A DNA stretch of 64,000 nucleotides from Aliiroseovarius sp. (GTDB taxonomy: Bacteria; Pseudomonadota; Alphaproteobacteria; Rhodobacterales; Rhodobacteraceae): assembly GCA_030625565.1 (NCBI GenBank), contig DAOUQO010000001.1:3220-67219 (forward strand), written 5' to 3'. Position 1 is the first letter of the stretch. Every line of letters begins with the position of its first letter. Below, in pieces: positions 29,611 through 39,702 of the stretch. The notes under the pieces are model-generated. The model saw only the letters and a program-made list of their open reading frames with translations, was not told the DNA's origin and searched no databases. The position numbers were made by a program, and so were the translations under genes.

Positions 29611-31554
29611 ATGGTGAGTACGAGTAAAATTCTCACGGTTTCATATGGCACATTTTCGTGCACATTGGAGGGGTTTGATGACCCCTTTTCAACCATGCGT
29701 TCGATTGCTGAATATTTTCGCGATCTCGCAGCGGATGACCGTTATTTTGGGGCAGAACCCCCGACACCAGATGCCGAAATGCTGCACCGTATTGCCGAGC
29801 GTGAAGCCCGGCGAAAAGTGGAAACCCACGTTGAAGACAATACTATTGTCTTGCGCCAAACAGAATCAGCCCTGTCAGATAGCAACGCCGCTATCATTCC
29901 CGACGTCGTGGATGACCAAGTACTTGTGCAACAGGCCGAGCCTGAAAAAACAGTTATGGCCCCAATTTCAACAGGGGAAAAAGCGACGAAAACAAGTGAA
30001 CCAGCCTCTATCAGCGATAGACCCGATGTGGCGGATCACGCTTATATAGCGGACATGTCAGACACCTCTATCGCGGCGAAATTACAACGCCTGCGCGCCG
30101 TCGCCGGAGCCTCAGCGACAGAGCCCAAAGATGATGCCGCTAGCAACCTTGATAATGGGCTGGAGGACGATTTTTTCTCGGCCACATCAAAGGCCAATAA
30201 TACAGAAGAACTGGCAGAGGATGAAACTCCGGATATCGGTGAGGGGATTCCAATTGCAGGTATCAAACACGAACCAGCCGCCGCTGAAACAGACGAATCA
30301 GTCAGTGAGACCGAAGTCTTCGCCAGAATTGCGGCAGCCACCAGTGATATAGATGATGAGCCAGAAGCCAAAATCACAGATGATGTAGCCACCAAACAAA
30401 CGGCTGGCGAAACCGACGGGGATGCCGATATTCTTTCAGGTATATCCGCTGCGCTTGACCACGAGCCAACCGCAGAAACGGCACTTAGCGATGATGATTT
30501 CGAAAATGAATTAGATGATGAATTTGATCACGAGTTAGCTGCTGAATTTGGCAGCGACGAATCCTTTGAGGATAAAAATGACATCGCCACAGATCAGGCC
30601 CCGGAACCCGTTGCTATTGCGCGGGTTGTAAAGGTGCGCCGTGCAGAGCCGATGCCTACCTCAGCAGAGCCCGATGAGATCACCGATGAAACAACATTGT
30701 CAGATGATGACGAAGCATCGTTGCTGGCTGATTTAGCCCAAGCTGAAGATGAAGCAGAAAAAGAATCCGAAATCATCAGCGCCGGCCAAAAAGATACCGG
30801 TGACGCCCAAACTTTAACCGCCTTTGATGACGGTGAGTATCAGGGGGCGGATGCGCTTGACCGCATCATGGCCGAAGCCAACACTAAAATTGACAGCGAC
30901 GAATCCAGCCGCAAGCGGAGCTCGATTGCCCATCTGCGCGCCGCAGTTCAGGCAAAACGCGCCGACGGCGAAAGCCCTGACACGGGCGATGGCAGCGATA
31001 CATCGGAAGAATATCGTGATGATCTGGCCCGTGTTGTTGAACCCGGTCGCCCCAAACATAGCCGCAAAAGGTTGGGGCGGAGCCTTGCCCCACTGGTCTT
31101 GGTATCAGAACAACGGGTCGATGAAATCACTGCCCCCTTGCAAGAAAAAAAGACAGCGCATCGCAATGAACAGGCACCCGTTCGGCCACGCCGAATTCGC
31201 AAAGCGCAGGCTGCGGAAACCGGTGGCGATGCCGCCAGCCCAGACGGAAACCAGACTTTAGGTGAAATCTTTGCCGCCTTTGCCGCGCAAAACCAGGTCA
31301 ATGGAACGGCTGAACTTTTCGAAGCCGCAGCGGCATTTCGCATCTACGTCAAAGGGCAGGAAACTTTTTCACGCCCACAAGTGATGCGTTTGGTATTGCA
31401 CACGCCCCCTGACAGCACGCTTAGCCGCGAAGACGCCTTGCAGGCCTTTGGTCAATTGATCCGCGAGGGTATGATCAAAAAAATCCAACGTGGGCGTTAC
31501 ACTATCTCGGAAAACACCCGTTTTCGCCCAGGCCAGGAACGCGCAAGCGCCTGA
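29611..31554 (+). CDS. hypothetical protein with conserved-looking termini and a very long acidic low-complexity core
   Basis: 647 aa. N-terminal module MVSTSKILTVSYGTFSCTLEGFDDPFSTMRSIAEYFRDLAADDRYFGAEPP. The core is rich in D/E/A/T/S (e.g. DDDFENELDDEFDHELAAEFGSDESFEDKND). There is a basic patch, then a C-terminal globular-looking ~110 aa. A strong terminator lies downstream. Confidence 0.7.
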   Translation: MVSTSKILTVSYGTFSCTLEGFDDPFSTMRSIAEYFRDLAADDRYFGAEPPTPDAEMLHRIAEREARRKVETHVEDNTIVLRQTESALSDSNAAIIPDVVDDQVLVQQAEPEKTVMAPISTGEKATKTSEPASISDRPDVADHAYIADMSDTSIAAKLQRLRAVAGASATEPKDDAASNLDNGLEDDFFSATSKANNTEELAEDETPDIGEGIPIAGIKHEPAAAETDESVSETEVFARIAAATSDIDDEPEAKITDDVATKQTAGETDGDADILSGISAALDHEPTAETALSDDDFENELDDEFDHELAAEFGSDESFEDKNDIATDQAPEPVAIARVVKVRRAEPMPTSAEPDEITDETTLSDDDEASLLADLAQAEDEAEKESEIISAGQKDTGDAQTLTAFDDGEYQGADALDRIMAEANTKIDSDESSRKRSSIAHLRAAVQAKRADGESPDTGDGSDTSEEYRDDLARVVEPGRPKHSRKRLGRSLAPLVLVSEQRVDEITAPLQEKKTAHRNEQAPVRPRRIRKAQAAETGGDAASPDGNQTLGEIFAAFAAQNQVNGTAELFEAAAAFRIYVKGQETFSRPQVMRLVLHTPPDSTLSREDALQAFGQLIREGMIKKIQRGRYTISENTRFRPGQERASA

Positions 31555-31580
31555 TAATCAAGCCGCATAAAACATACAAA

Positions 31581-31617
31581 AGCGGAGCGGGCCTTATGCC
31601 TGCTCCGCTTTTTATTT
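31581..31617 (+). terminator. intrinsic terminator after the 647-aa acidic protein gene
   Basis: AGCGGAGCGGGC-CTTAT-GCCTGCTCCGCT forms a 12-bp stem (one G-U), followed by TTTTTATTT. Confidence 0.75.
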
Positions 31618-31635
31618 AACCTGATTTATTAAAAT

Positions 31636-31917
31636 TCACCGTCTGCTTTTGGGCATCGGATTTTTTTCGGGCGTTTCCGGATCACTTGCATATGTTCCAG
31701 GTGCCGCATCAGGATCAGGCTGCCCAACCCCCTTGAAAACAGATTTCAGCGGGAAGGCCCACAAGAAACCCAGAACAATATAAACCGCCAGCTCAACCAG
31801 AATTGAGGGGCGATCAAACAAGGATATAACCTTAATTGCCACCACAATATAAACCGGCAATCCGACCAAAAGTATAAGCAAAGACAGTCGCTTGCGGGCT
31901 TTGTACGAAAGGGCCAT
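31636..31917 (-). CDS. small two-TM membrane protein, DUF2842-like
   Basis: MALSYKARKRLSLLILLVGLPVYIVVAI.. and LAVYIVLGFLWAFPLKSVFKGVG resemble the alphaproteobacterial DUF2842 family from memory. Not verified. Confidence 0.6.
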   Translation of the reverse strand: MALSYKARKRLSLLILLVGLPVYIVVAIKVISLFDRPSILVELAVYIVLGFLWAFPLKSVFKGVGQPDPDAAPGTYASDPETPEKNPMPKSRR

Positions 31918-31945
31918 TTTATATCTCCAGCCTTTTTAGCAGGGC

Positions 31946-33238
31946 TTAATCTGCGAAGGGGTCAGTTACGAGGATTGTATCTTCGCGCTCTGGCGATGTT
32001 GATAAGATCGCCACGGGACAGTCGATCAATTCTTCCACCCGACGCACATATTTAATCGCGGCGGCAGGCAAATCGGCCCAGCTGCGCGCGCCTTCGGTGG
32101 TGTCTTTCCAACCGTCCATGGTTTCATAAATTGGCGTAACGCGTGCCTGTTTGTCAGCGGCAGTTGGCAGGTAATCCAGAATTTCGCCGTCCAATTCATA
32201 CCCTGTGCAAATTTTTAGTTCGTCAAAACCATCCAGCACATCCAGCTTGGTCAGCGCGATGCCATTGACGCCCGAGGTAGCACAAGTCTGGCGCACCAAT
32301 ACGGCATCAAACCAGCCACAACGCCGCTGGCGTCCGGTGGTGGTGCCAAATTCATGACCGCGTTCACCCAGCATCTGGCCGTCATCATCAAACAATTCAG
32401 TCGGGAAAGGCCCTTCGCCAACGCGGGTGGTATAGGCCTTGACGATACCCAGCACAAAATCGATCGCGCCGGGGCCAACGCCTGTGCCTGTTGCCGCCTG
32501 CCCTGCGATAATATTGGATGACGTCACAAACGGGTAAGATCCGAAATCAACATCCAGCAATGCGCCCTGCGCGCCCTCAAACAAGATGCGTTTACCCGCT
32601 TTGCGTTTTTCGTTCATCACCTTCCAGACTGGTCCGGAATATTCCAAAATTGCCGGAGCAACCTCTTGTAATTGTGCAATTAATCCGTCGCGATCGATAA
32701 CCGACAGCCCCAGACCCTTGCGCAACGCATTGTGATGCACCAGCGCGCGATCAACCCGCAAAGTCAGCGTGGCTTCATCGGCCAAATCCGCCACCCGAAT
32801 CGCGCGGCGACCAACCTTGTCTTCATATGCGGGGCCAATGCCGCGCCCGGTCGTGCCGATTTTAGCAACCGCGGTTTGATTTTCGCGCGCGCGATCCAGC
32901 TCGCCATGGAATGGCATAATCAGCGGTGTATTTTCAGCAATCATCAGGGTTTCAGGGGTGATTTCCACGCCTTGTTCACGCAGGCCAGCAATTTCGCGCA
33001 GCAAATGCCACGGGTCTAAAACCACACCATTACCAATGATTGAAAGCTTGCCGCCCCGCACCAGCCCGGATGGCAGCGCGTGCAGTTTATAAACCTCGCC
33101 ATCAATAACCAAGGTATGCCCAGCATTATGGCCACCCTGAAAACGTGCAATCACATCGGCGCGCTCACTAAGCCAGTCAACAATCTTACCTTTGCCTTCG
33201 TCGCCCCATTGGGCACCAACCACAACTACATTGGCCAT
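31946..33238 (-). CDS. purA: adenylosuccinate synthase
   Basis: [15 protein letters not shown]-loop, [11 protein letters not shown], 430 aa. Confidence 0.96.
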   Translation of the reverse strand: MANVVVVGAQWGDEGKGKIVDWLSERADVIARFQGGHNAGHTLVIDGEVYKLHALPSGLVRGGKLSIIGNGVVLDPWHLLREIAGLREQGVEITPETLMIAENTPLIMPFHGELDRARENQTAVAKIGTTGRGIGPAYEDKVGRRAIRVADLADEATLTLRVDRALVHHNALRKGLGLSVIDRDGLIAQLQEVAPAILEYSGPVWKVMNEKRKAGKRILFEGAQGALLDVDFGSYPFVTSSNIIAGQAATGTGVGPGAIDFVLGIVKAYTTRVGEGPFPTELFDDDGQMLGERGHEFGTTTGRQRRCGWFDAVLVRQTCATSGVNGIALTKLDVLDGFDELKICTGYELDGEILDYLPTAADKQARVTPIYETMDGWKDTTEGARSWADLPAAAIKYVRRVEELIDCPVAILSTSPEREDTILVTDPFAD

Positions 33239-33380
33239 TTATTCGCTCCGCTAAAAAGAAAACCCGCGCCCATATAGCCGTTGAATCGCCGGCGTGAAAC
33301 CTCTAATTCGTCGCAGCACTGGACAGAGCAGGGCAATTTGGTGCATTTGATGAAAAACAATGGTTCGATACGGGGGTGTT

Positions 33381-33779
33381 ATGGGTATTTTTGTGCGTTG
33401 GATATTTGCGTTTATCCTTGTTGCCGCCACATTTAATCCAACCCAGTGGAATTATGTGCGCTGGGCAATGGAAAATTATGCGTCCGAAACCCCGATTACT
33501 GTACTGCTTGGGCTGATTTTAATGATCAGCTATGTCATTTATATTCGTGCAACCATACATTCCATTGGGGCATTTGGCGTATTTCTGGTGGCTGCGGTTG
33601 TCGGCGCCCTGATTTGGGTTTTGATCGACTGGCAGCTTTTAACCCTTGAAAACCAGGACTTAAACGTCTGGATGGGTATTTTTTCGGTCTCGGTCGTGCT
33701 GGGAATCGGGCTAAGCTGGTCAATTGTGCGCCGCGCGCTATCGGGCCAATTTGACGTTGATGATTATGACGATGAATAA
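33381..33779 (+). CDS. small integral membrane protein (about four TM helices)
   Basis: MGIFVRWIFAFILVAATFNP.. with four hydrophobic segments and an acidic C-terminus DVDDYDDE. ATG 33381 is preceded by GGGGG. Confidence 0.6.
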   Translation: MGIFVRWIFAFILVAATFNPTQWNYVRWAMENYASETPITVLLGLILMISYVIYIRATIHSIGAFGVFLVAAVVGALIWVLIDWQLLTLENQDLNVWMGIFSVSVVLGIGLSWSIVRRALSGQFDVDDYDDE

Positions 33780-33854
33780 GTACACGACTAAGGGGTTGCG
33801 GGCAGGCGGGCCAGCGCATAAATAACGCAGGCAACGAAACTTAGGTCTTTGTCC

Positions 33855-34244
33855 ATGGAAAATGTCGTTCTTGTTATCCACTTGATGCTTGCGCTTGCGC
33901 TGATTGCAATCGTTCTGCTGCAACGTTCAGAAGGCGGCGGCCTTGGTATTGGCGGTGGTGGCGGTGCTGGCGGCGGCGGCGCAATGTCTGCCCGCGGTGC
34001 GGCAACGGCAATGGGGCGGATCACCTGGTTTCTGGCTATCGGCTTTATCATCACCTCGATTTCACTGACAATTTTGTCGGCGCGCACTGCGGCCAACAGC
34101 TCGGTCATTGGTGATGGCACTGAAACAACGGCGCCAGCGGGCAATCTGACTGTGCCCGAAGGCACGTTCACAACCCCCGATGTCGAAGGCCTGATGCCAC
34201 CGGCAGCAGCGGATGAGCCCCTGACGCCACCGCGCGCTGACTAA
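33855..34244 (+). CDS. secG: preprotein translocase subunit SecG
   Basis: MENVVLVIHLMLALALIAIVLLQRSEGGGLG.. is the SecG signature. I chose ATG 33855 over the track TTG at 33849. Confidence 0.85.
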   Translation: MENVVLVIHLMLALALIAIVLLQRSEGGGLGIGGGGGAGGGGAMSARGAATAMGRITWFLAIGFIITSISLTILSARTAANSSVIGDGTETTAPAGNLTVPEGTFTTPDVEGLMPPAAADEPLTPPRAD

Positions 34245-34406
34245 TACACACATACCAGACATTGATGCAGGCGATTAATTCGCCTCATCATGTTGCGTAC
34301 CATTGCGTGAAAACCCGAATCCGGTTATGTCTTTAATCCCGTGAGGGTCGGCATATTTGCGCGCATTTTCACCAGCAGAAATTAAATCACGGGGGCAGCC
34401 AACACC

Positions 34407-36050
34407 ATGGCGCGATACATTTTCATAACCGGCGGCGTTGTTTCATCCCTTGGCAAAGGGCTGACCTCGGCGGCACTGGGCGCTTTGCTGCAAGCGCGCG
34501 GATACAGCGTGCGGCTGCGCAAACTTGACCCCTACCTAAATGTTGACCCCGGCACCATGAGCCCGTTTGAACACGGCGAAGTTTTTGTCACCGATGATGG
34601 CGCGGAAACTGATCTGGATCTTGGCCACTATGAGCGTTTCACTGGCGTTGCGGCGCGCAACACCGATTCGGTTTCTTCGGGCCGGATATATTCAACCGTG
34701 TTGGAAAAGGAACGGCGCGGTGATTACCTTGGCAAAACCATTCAGGTAATTCCGCACGTCACCAACCAAATCAAAGATTTCATCGACATCGGCAATGACG
34801 AAGTTGATTTTATGCTGTGCGAAATAGGCGGCACAGTTGGCGACATCGAAGCCCTGCCCTTTTTTGAAGCAATCCGCCAATTCAGTCAGGACAAGCCACG
34901 CGGTCAATGCGTCTTCATGCACCTGACCCTGATCCCCTTTCTGGCGGCCGCTGGCGAACTAAAGACAAAACCGACCCAGCATTCGGTTAAAGAATTACGC
35001 TCAATCGGGATTGCGCCTGATATTTTGGTGTGCCGTTCCGAACATATAATTCCGGAAAAAGAGCGCGACAAAATTGCACTATTTTGTAATGTGCGCACTG
35101 ATTCAGTTATCCCCGCCTATGACCTTAAATCCATTTACGAAGCCCCGATGGCGTACCATAATGTTGGCCTTGATCAGGCTGTTCTGGATGCGTTTTCGAT
35201 TTCGGATGCGCCAGAGCCAGATCTAACCCGCTGGCACGATGTGGAAGAACGCATAAACAATGCCGAAGGCTGCGTTCGCGTCGCGATTGTTGGTAAATAT
35301 GTGCAATTATCAGACGCCTACAAGTCCATTGCCGAGGCCCTGACCCATGGTGGAATGGCCAACCGTGTTCGCGTAAAGGTTGAGTGGGTTGATGCCGAAA
35401 TATTTGATGATGACGATGCTGCAACCCATCTTGCCGGGTTTCATGCCATCCTTGTTCCCGGTGGGTTTGGCGAACGTGGGACCGAAGGAAAAATCCGCGC
35501 TGCCCAATTTGCGCGTGAACACAAAGTGCCCTATTTAGGCATCTGCCTTGGCATGCAAATGGCCGTGGTCGAAGCCGCCCGCAATGTTGCAGGAATTGCC
35601 GATGCAGGCAGCGAAGAATTTGATTTTGAAAGCGGAAAAAAACGTTTTACCCCAGTAATTTACCACCTAAAAGAATGGGTGCAGGGCAATTACACCGTGA
35701 AACGAAAACAGTCGGATGACAAAGGCGGAACCATGCGCCTAGGGGCCTATTCCGCCACCCTCGCGGAAGGGTCAAACGTGGCTCGTATTTATGGGACAAC
35801 CGACATCGAAGAGCGCCACCGCCACCGTTATGAGGTTGATGTGAAGTACCGCGAAGCACTAGAATCCAAGGGCCTGAAATTTTCAGGAATGTCCCCAGAT
35901 GGAATGCTGCCCGAAATCGTTGAATGGACAGACCACCCCTGGTTCATTGGTGTCCAATTCCACCCAGAGTTGAAATCAAAACCCTTTGCCCCATCGCCTA
36001 TTTTTGCTGATTTCATTCGGGCAGCAAAAGACATGGAGCGCATGGTCTAG
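34407..36050 (+). CDS. pyrG: CTP synthase
   Basis: [18 protein letters not shown], GATase Cys in LGICLGMQ, 547 aa. Confidence 0.97.
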   Translation: MARYIFITGGVVSSLGKGLTSAALGALLQARGYSVRLRKLDPYLNVDPGTMSPFEHGEVFVTDDGAETDLDLGHYERFTGVAARNTDSVSSGRIYSTVLEKERRGDYLGKTIQVIPHVTNQIKDFIDIGNDEVDFMLCEIGGTVGDIEALPFFEAIRQFSQDKPRGQCVFMHLTLIPFLAAAGELKTKPTQHSVKELRSIGIAPDILVCRSEHIIPEKERDKIALFCNVRTDSVIPAYDLKSIYEAPMAYHNVGLDQAVLDAFSISDAPEPDLTRWHDVEERINNAEGCVRVAIVGKYVQLSDAYKSIAEALTHGGMANRVRVKVEWVDAEIFDDDDAATHLAGFHAILVPGGFGERGTEGKIRAAQFAREHKVPYLGICLGMQMAVVEAARNVAGIADAGSEEFDFESGKKRFTPVIYHLKEWVQGNYTVKRKQSDDKGGTMRLGAYSATLAEGSNVARIYGTTDIEERHRHRYEVDVKYREALESKGLKFSGMSPDGMLPEIVEWTDHPWFIGVQFHPELKSKPFAPSPIFADFIRAAKDMERMV

Positions 36051-36086
36051 CTGCGAATGCCTAATCACCAACCATCAGGAGCAACC

Positions 36087-36380
36087 ATGGCTAAAGGATA
36101 CTGGATCGGGCGCGTCGACATTGATGACGTTGCGCAATACATGAAATATGTTGCCGCAAATGCCAGCCCATTTGCCAAATATGGCGCAAAATTTCTTGTC
36201 CGTGCGGGCGCATTTGAATGCCGTGAAGGTAATTCGCGCAGCCGCAACGTGGTGATCGAATTTCCCACATATGCAGATGCCCTGGCCTGCTATGACAGTC
36301 CTGAATATCAGGCTGCGAAAGCCCTGCGCGATCCGGTCAGTCAGGCCGATTTGGTGATCATTGAAGGCTATGACACCTAG
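36087..36380 (+). CDS. DUF1330 domain-containing protein
   Basis: MAKGYWIGRVDIDD..YGAKFLVRAG..VVIEFPTYADALACYDSPEYQ fits DUF1330. ATG 36087 is preceded by AGGAG. Confidence 0.85.
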   Translation: MAKGYWIGRVDIDDVAQYMKYVAANASPFAKYGAKFLVRAGAFECREGNSRSRNVVIEFPTYADALACYDSPEYQAAKALRDPVSQADLVIIEGYDT

Positions 36381-36412
36381 GCAAAGGCCGTGCGCCGCCC
36401 TATATATTACGC

Positions 36413-36868
36413 ATGTTTAAAACCCTGCTTCAACGCCTTACAGGCCCCGCCCCCACGCCGCTTCCTGCGGCAGATGCCCGCCTTGCGCTTTGCGCATTAC
36501 TGGTGCGCATCGCCCGATCTGACCACGATTATGCCGCAGCAGAAATTGCCCAGATTAAGCAGATTATTTCCACTCGATATGGGCTAGATGCAGCACAGAC
36601 CACTGCAATTTTACGTGACGCCGAGCAGCTTGAGCACGAGGCCCCCGACACAGTTCGTTTCACCCGCGCCATCAAGAATGCAGTGCCATATGAGGACCGC
36701 AAAAGCGTGGTAGTCGCCGCTTGGCAAGTCGTGTTGGCGGATGGCGCCCGCGCTGACGAAGAAAATGCCCTTATGCGCCTTATTTCCAATCTTTTGGGCG
36801 TAAATGACCGCGATAGTAACCGCGCACGAAAGCGCGTTCAGACCACCATATCCCAGACAGAAAGCTAG
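36413..36868 (+). CDS. TerB-like (tellurite-resistance TerB / DjlA N-domain fold) protein
   Basis: ALLVRIARSDHDYAAAEIAQIKQII.. and VVAAWQVVLADGARADEENALMRLISNLLGV are the two TerB-type helical repeats. Confidence 0.7.
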   Translation: MFKTLLQRLTGPAPTPLPAADARLALCALLVRIARSDHDYAAAEIAQIKQIISTRYGLDAAQTTAILRDAEQLEHEAPDTVRFTRAIKNAVPYEDRKSVVVAAWQVVLADGARADEENALMRLISNLLGVNDRDSNRARKRVQTTISQTES

Positions 36869-37555
36869 ATGATGAAACCAACATACCCAATTGATATTAA
36901 ACAAATATCTGACAAGGACAGCTTGAAACTTTGGTTGGACCATGTGGACTACCATGCAAGCCGGCAACTTGCCAATCGGGCCATGATGCGGGTTTTACCA
37001 CTAGCATGGGACTGGCTGTTAACCACAACCGGAATTGAGGTCACGCGACCTGCGCTGACCTGTGCATCTTACGCGATCAATGCCACTGAAACATCCCAAA
37101 AACGGCTGCCAGAACAGGTTCAGCTGGCGGTATTTCACAACACAGATTACGCAAACCGCGCCTCACAAACTGGCCATAACGGCATCGCATCCGCGCTTTC
37201 AGCCGCGACCTTGGCTGCAACGTCAGCGATATTGCCCAAGGCACAATTGGTACGCGCCGTGACAAATACGGTTACTTCGGCGGCCGGTGCTTTCGGGCAA
37301 AAAATGGCAACGCCAAATACCCAAGACAAGGTTGAAAACCAGTTTTGGGCCGAAGTTCAGGCTGACTGCAAATTGATTCTTGAGGGCCAAGCCTCTGATC
37401 TGGGGCCTATTTGGCATACGCAACAGCCACCATTTGATGCAGAAATGCAGAACATAATCACCAAACTAGATGGAAAACCAGAATGGGAAAACTGGCTAAA
37501 ATGGTATCAAACTTTTGAACACGGCATGCCATTCACAACCGATCTTTTAACATAA
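36869..37555 (+). CDS. hypothetical Trp-rich protein, apparently translationally coupled to the TerB-like gene
   Basis: 228 aa. Its ATG immediately follows the TerB stop (TAGATG). Notable segments are RAMMRVLPLAWDWLL and LGPIWHTQQPPFDAEMQNIITKLDGKPEWENWLKWYQTFEHGMPF. No family assigned. Confidence 0.6.
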   Translation: MMKPTYPIDIKQISDKDSLKLWLDHVDYHASRQLANRAMMRVLPLAWDWLLTTTGIEVTRPALTCASYAINATETSQKRLPEQVQLAVFHNTDYANRASQTGHNGIASALSAATLAATSAILPKAQLVRAVTNTVTSAAGAFGQKMATPNTQDKVENQFWAEVQADCKLILEGQASDLGPIWHTQQPPFDAEMQNIITKLDGKPEWENWLKWYQTFEHGMPFTTDLLT

Positions 37556-37657
37556 AGGTACGGCAAAGCACTGGGATAATTATACAAATCAACCCCCTTG
37601 CCCCAATATTCGGGCTGGGATAGTCTGCCTGAATAATTTGATCAAATTTGGTGTGTT

Positions 37658-38347
37658 ATGAAAATTGGCATCCTGCAAACCGGCCACCCGATTAAGCAGG
37701 TCGAAGACGAGATGGGCGAATATGCCGACATCTTTGAACACCTGCTGGCTGGTCATAATTTTACTTTTTGTCGCTACTTTGTTGTCGATGGGATTTTCCC
37801 CGACAGTATTAATGATGCCGATGGCTGGCTGATTACCGGTTCAAAACACGGGGCCTATGAGGCCTTGCCGTGGATTTCCAAGCTTGAGGATTTCATCCGC
37901 GCCCTACATGCGGATGACCGCCCCTTAGTTGGGGTTTGCTTTGGCCACCAAATCATTGCTCAAGCCCTTGGTGGCAAAGTTGAAAAATTTGATAATGGCT
38001 GGGCCGTTGGGCATCAAGAATATGACTTTGATGATGGCACACAAATGCGCCTGAACGCTTGGCATCAGGATCAGGTCACGACCCTGCCTAGGGGCGCAAA
38101 GGTTAACGTCACCAATGCATTTTGCAAAAATGCCGGGCTGGTGATTGGCGACAACATTCTAACAATTCAGCCCCATCCTGAATTCAACCCGCGCCTTTTA
38201 GAGCTATTGCTTGACCATCGCGGACCCGGCGTCGTGCCTGACGCGTTATTAAAACGCGCCAAGGCGGGATTGGCACAATCTAACGATTCGGCCACCTACG
38301 GCCAACGCATCGCAACCTTCTTTGAAAATAAGGCACATCATGGCTGA
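37658..38347 (+). CDS. class I glutamine amidotransferase-like protein (GuaA-type GATase domain only)
   Basis: Nucleophile elbow LVGVCFGHQIIA and His in IQPHPEF. 229 aa. Confidence 0.8.
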   Translation: MKIGILQTGHPIKQVEDEMGEYADIFEHLLAGHNFTFCRYFVVDGIFPDSINDADGWLITGSKHGAYEALPWISKLEDFIRALHADDRPLVGVCFGHQIIAQALGGKVEKFDNGWAVGHQEYDFDDGTQMRLNAWHQDQVTTLPRGAKVNVTNAFCKNAGLVIGDNILTIQPHPEFNPRLLELLLDHRGPGVVPDALLKRAKAGLAQSNDSATYGQRIATFFENKAHHG

Positions 38348-39701
38348 CTGGACCAAAAATCTGCCCGAAGCGGCGCGCACCTATATTGAAGGCCGGCGGC
38401 TGGACGAAGTTGAATGCATTATATCCGACCTGCCGGGCATCGCCCGCGGCAAGGCGGTTCCAGCCAAAATATTTGCCCGCCAAAAGGTGTTCCATTTACC
38501 CGATAGCATCTTCTTTCAAACCATCACAGGCGACTGGAGCGAAGCCGCTGGCCAGGAAGGTTTTATTGAACGCGACATGGTATTAAGGCCGGATATGTCC
38601 ACCGCAACCGCCGCACCCTGGACCGGCGACTGGACCTTGCAGGTCATTCATGATGCCTTTGATCGCAATGGCACCCCGATCCCCTATAGCCCTCGTAACG
38701 TGTTGAAACGCGTGGTTTCTTTATTCAATGAAAAGGGTTGGAAACCGATTGTTGCACCCGAACTTGAATTTTACCTTGTTGCCAGAAATCTGGATCCAGC
38801 CGAAAAAATAAAGCCGATGATGGGCCGCTCGGGGCGCCCTGCAGCAGCACGCCAAGCCTATTCAATGACAGCCGTTGACGAATTTGGCCCCGTGATCGAT
38901 GACATCTATGATTTTGCCGAAGCCCTTGGGCTTGAAATTGATGGCATCACCCAAGAGGGCGGCGCAGGGCAGTTGGAAATCAACCTTGCCCACGGGGATC
39001 CTGTCGAGCTTGCCGATGCAGTTTTTCACTTTAAACGTCTGATCCGCGAAGCCGCGTTGCGCCACGATTGTTTCGCAACTTTTATGGCCAAACCCATCGC
39101 TGAAGAACCCGGTTCAGCCATGCATATCCACCATTCGATTCTAGATCAAGAAACAGGGCTAAACATCTTTTCCGGCCCACAAGGCGGGGATACTGACGCC
39201 TTTTTTCACTTTATTGGTGGCCTTCAAGCCCACCTGCCGTCGGTTACGGCCATGATCGCGCCATATGTGAATTCATACCGACGATATGTGCCAGACAATG
39301 CCGCGCCCATTAACCTTGAATGGGCGCGCGACAACCGCACAACCGGCATTCGCATTCCGCTTTCTGACAACCCTAAAGGGCGAAGGGTTGAAAACCGGTT
39401 GGCTGGTATGGATTGCAACCCGTATCTAGGCATCGCGGCATCCCTTGCCGCAGGGTATTTAGGTATGATGCAGGAAACGCGGCCAAGCGCACAATTTCGT
39501 GGTGATGCCTATGCTGGCGGCGAAGTCATTCCGCGTGATTTAGCAACCGCATTGGATTTGTTCGATGAAGCCAAAGACATGCACGAAATTCTTGGGGCCG
39601 ATTTTGCCCGCGTCTATTCAATCGTGAAGCGCACAGAATATCAGGAGTTTTTGCAGGTGATTTCCCCTTGGGAACGCGAACACCTATTGCTGAATGTCTA
39701 G
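38340..39701 (+). CDS. glutamine synthetase family protein (gamma-glutamyl-amine synthetase-like, PuuA/GmaS type)
   Basis: GS catalytic-domain motifs (PELEFYL, EGGAGQLEIN, GSAMHIHHS, NRTTGIRIP). ATG 38340 (MADWTKNL..) overlaps the GATase gene by 8 nt. The track start 38322 is TTG. Confidence 0.85.
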   Translation: MADWTKNLPEAARTYIEGRRLDEVECIISDLPGIARGKAVPAKIFARQKVFHLPDSIFFQTITGDWSEAAGQEGFIERDMVLRPDMSTATAAPWTGDWTLQVIHDAFDRNGTPIPYSPRNVLKRVVSLFNEKGWKPIVAPELEFYLVARNLDPAEKIKPMMGRSGRPAAARQAYSMTAVDEFGPVIDDIYDFAEALGLEIDGITQEGGAGQLEINLAHGDPVELADAVFHFKRLIREAALRHDCFATFMAKPIAEEPGSAMHIHHSILDQETGLNIFSGPQGGDTDAFFHFIGGLQAHLPSVTAMIAPYVNSYRRYVPDNAAPINLEWARDNRTTGIRIPLSDNPKGRRVENRLAGMDCNPYLGIAASLAAGYLGMMQETRPSAQFRGDAYAGGEVIPRDLATALDLFDEAKDMHEILGADFARVYSIVKRTEYQEFLQVISPWEREHLLLNV

Positions 39702-39702
39702 C

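Noticed and set aside
33788-34171. 127-aa Pro/Ala-rich minus-strand ORF
   Set aside because: It lies antisense to secG. Its poly-Pro segment mirrors the GGC-rich Gly run of SecG.
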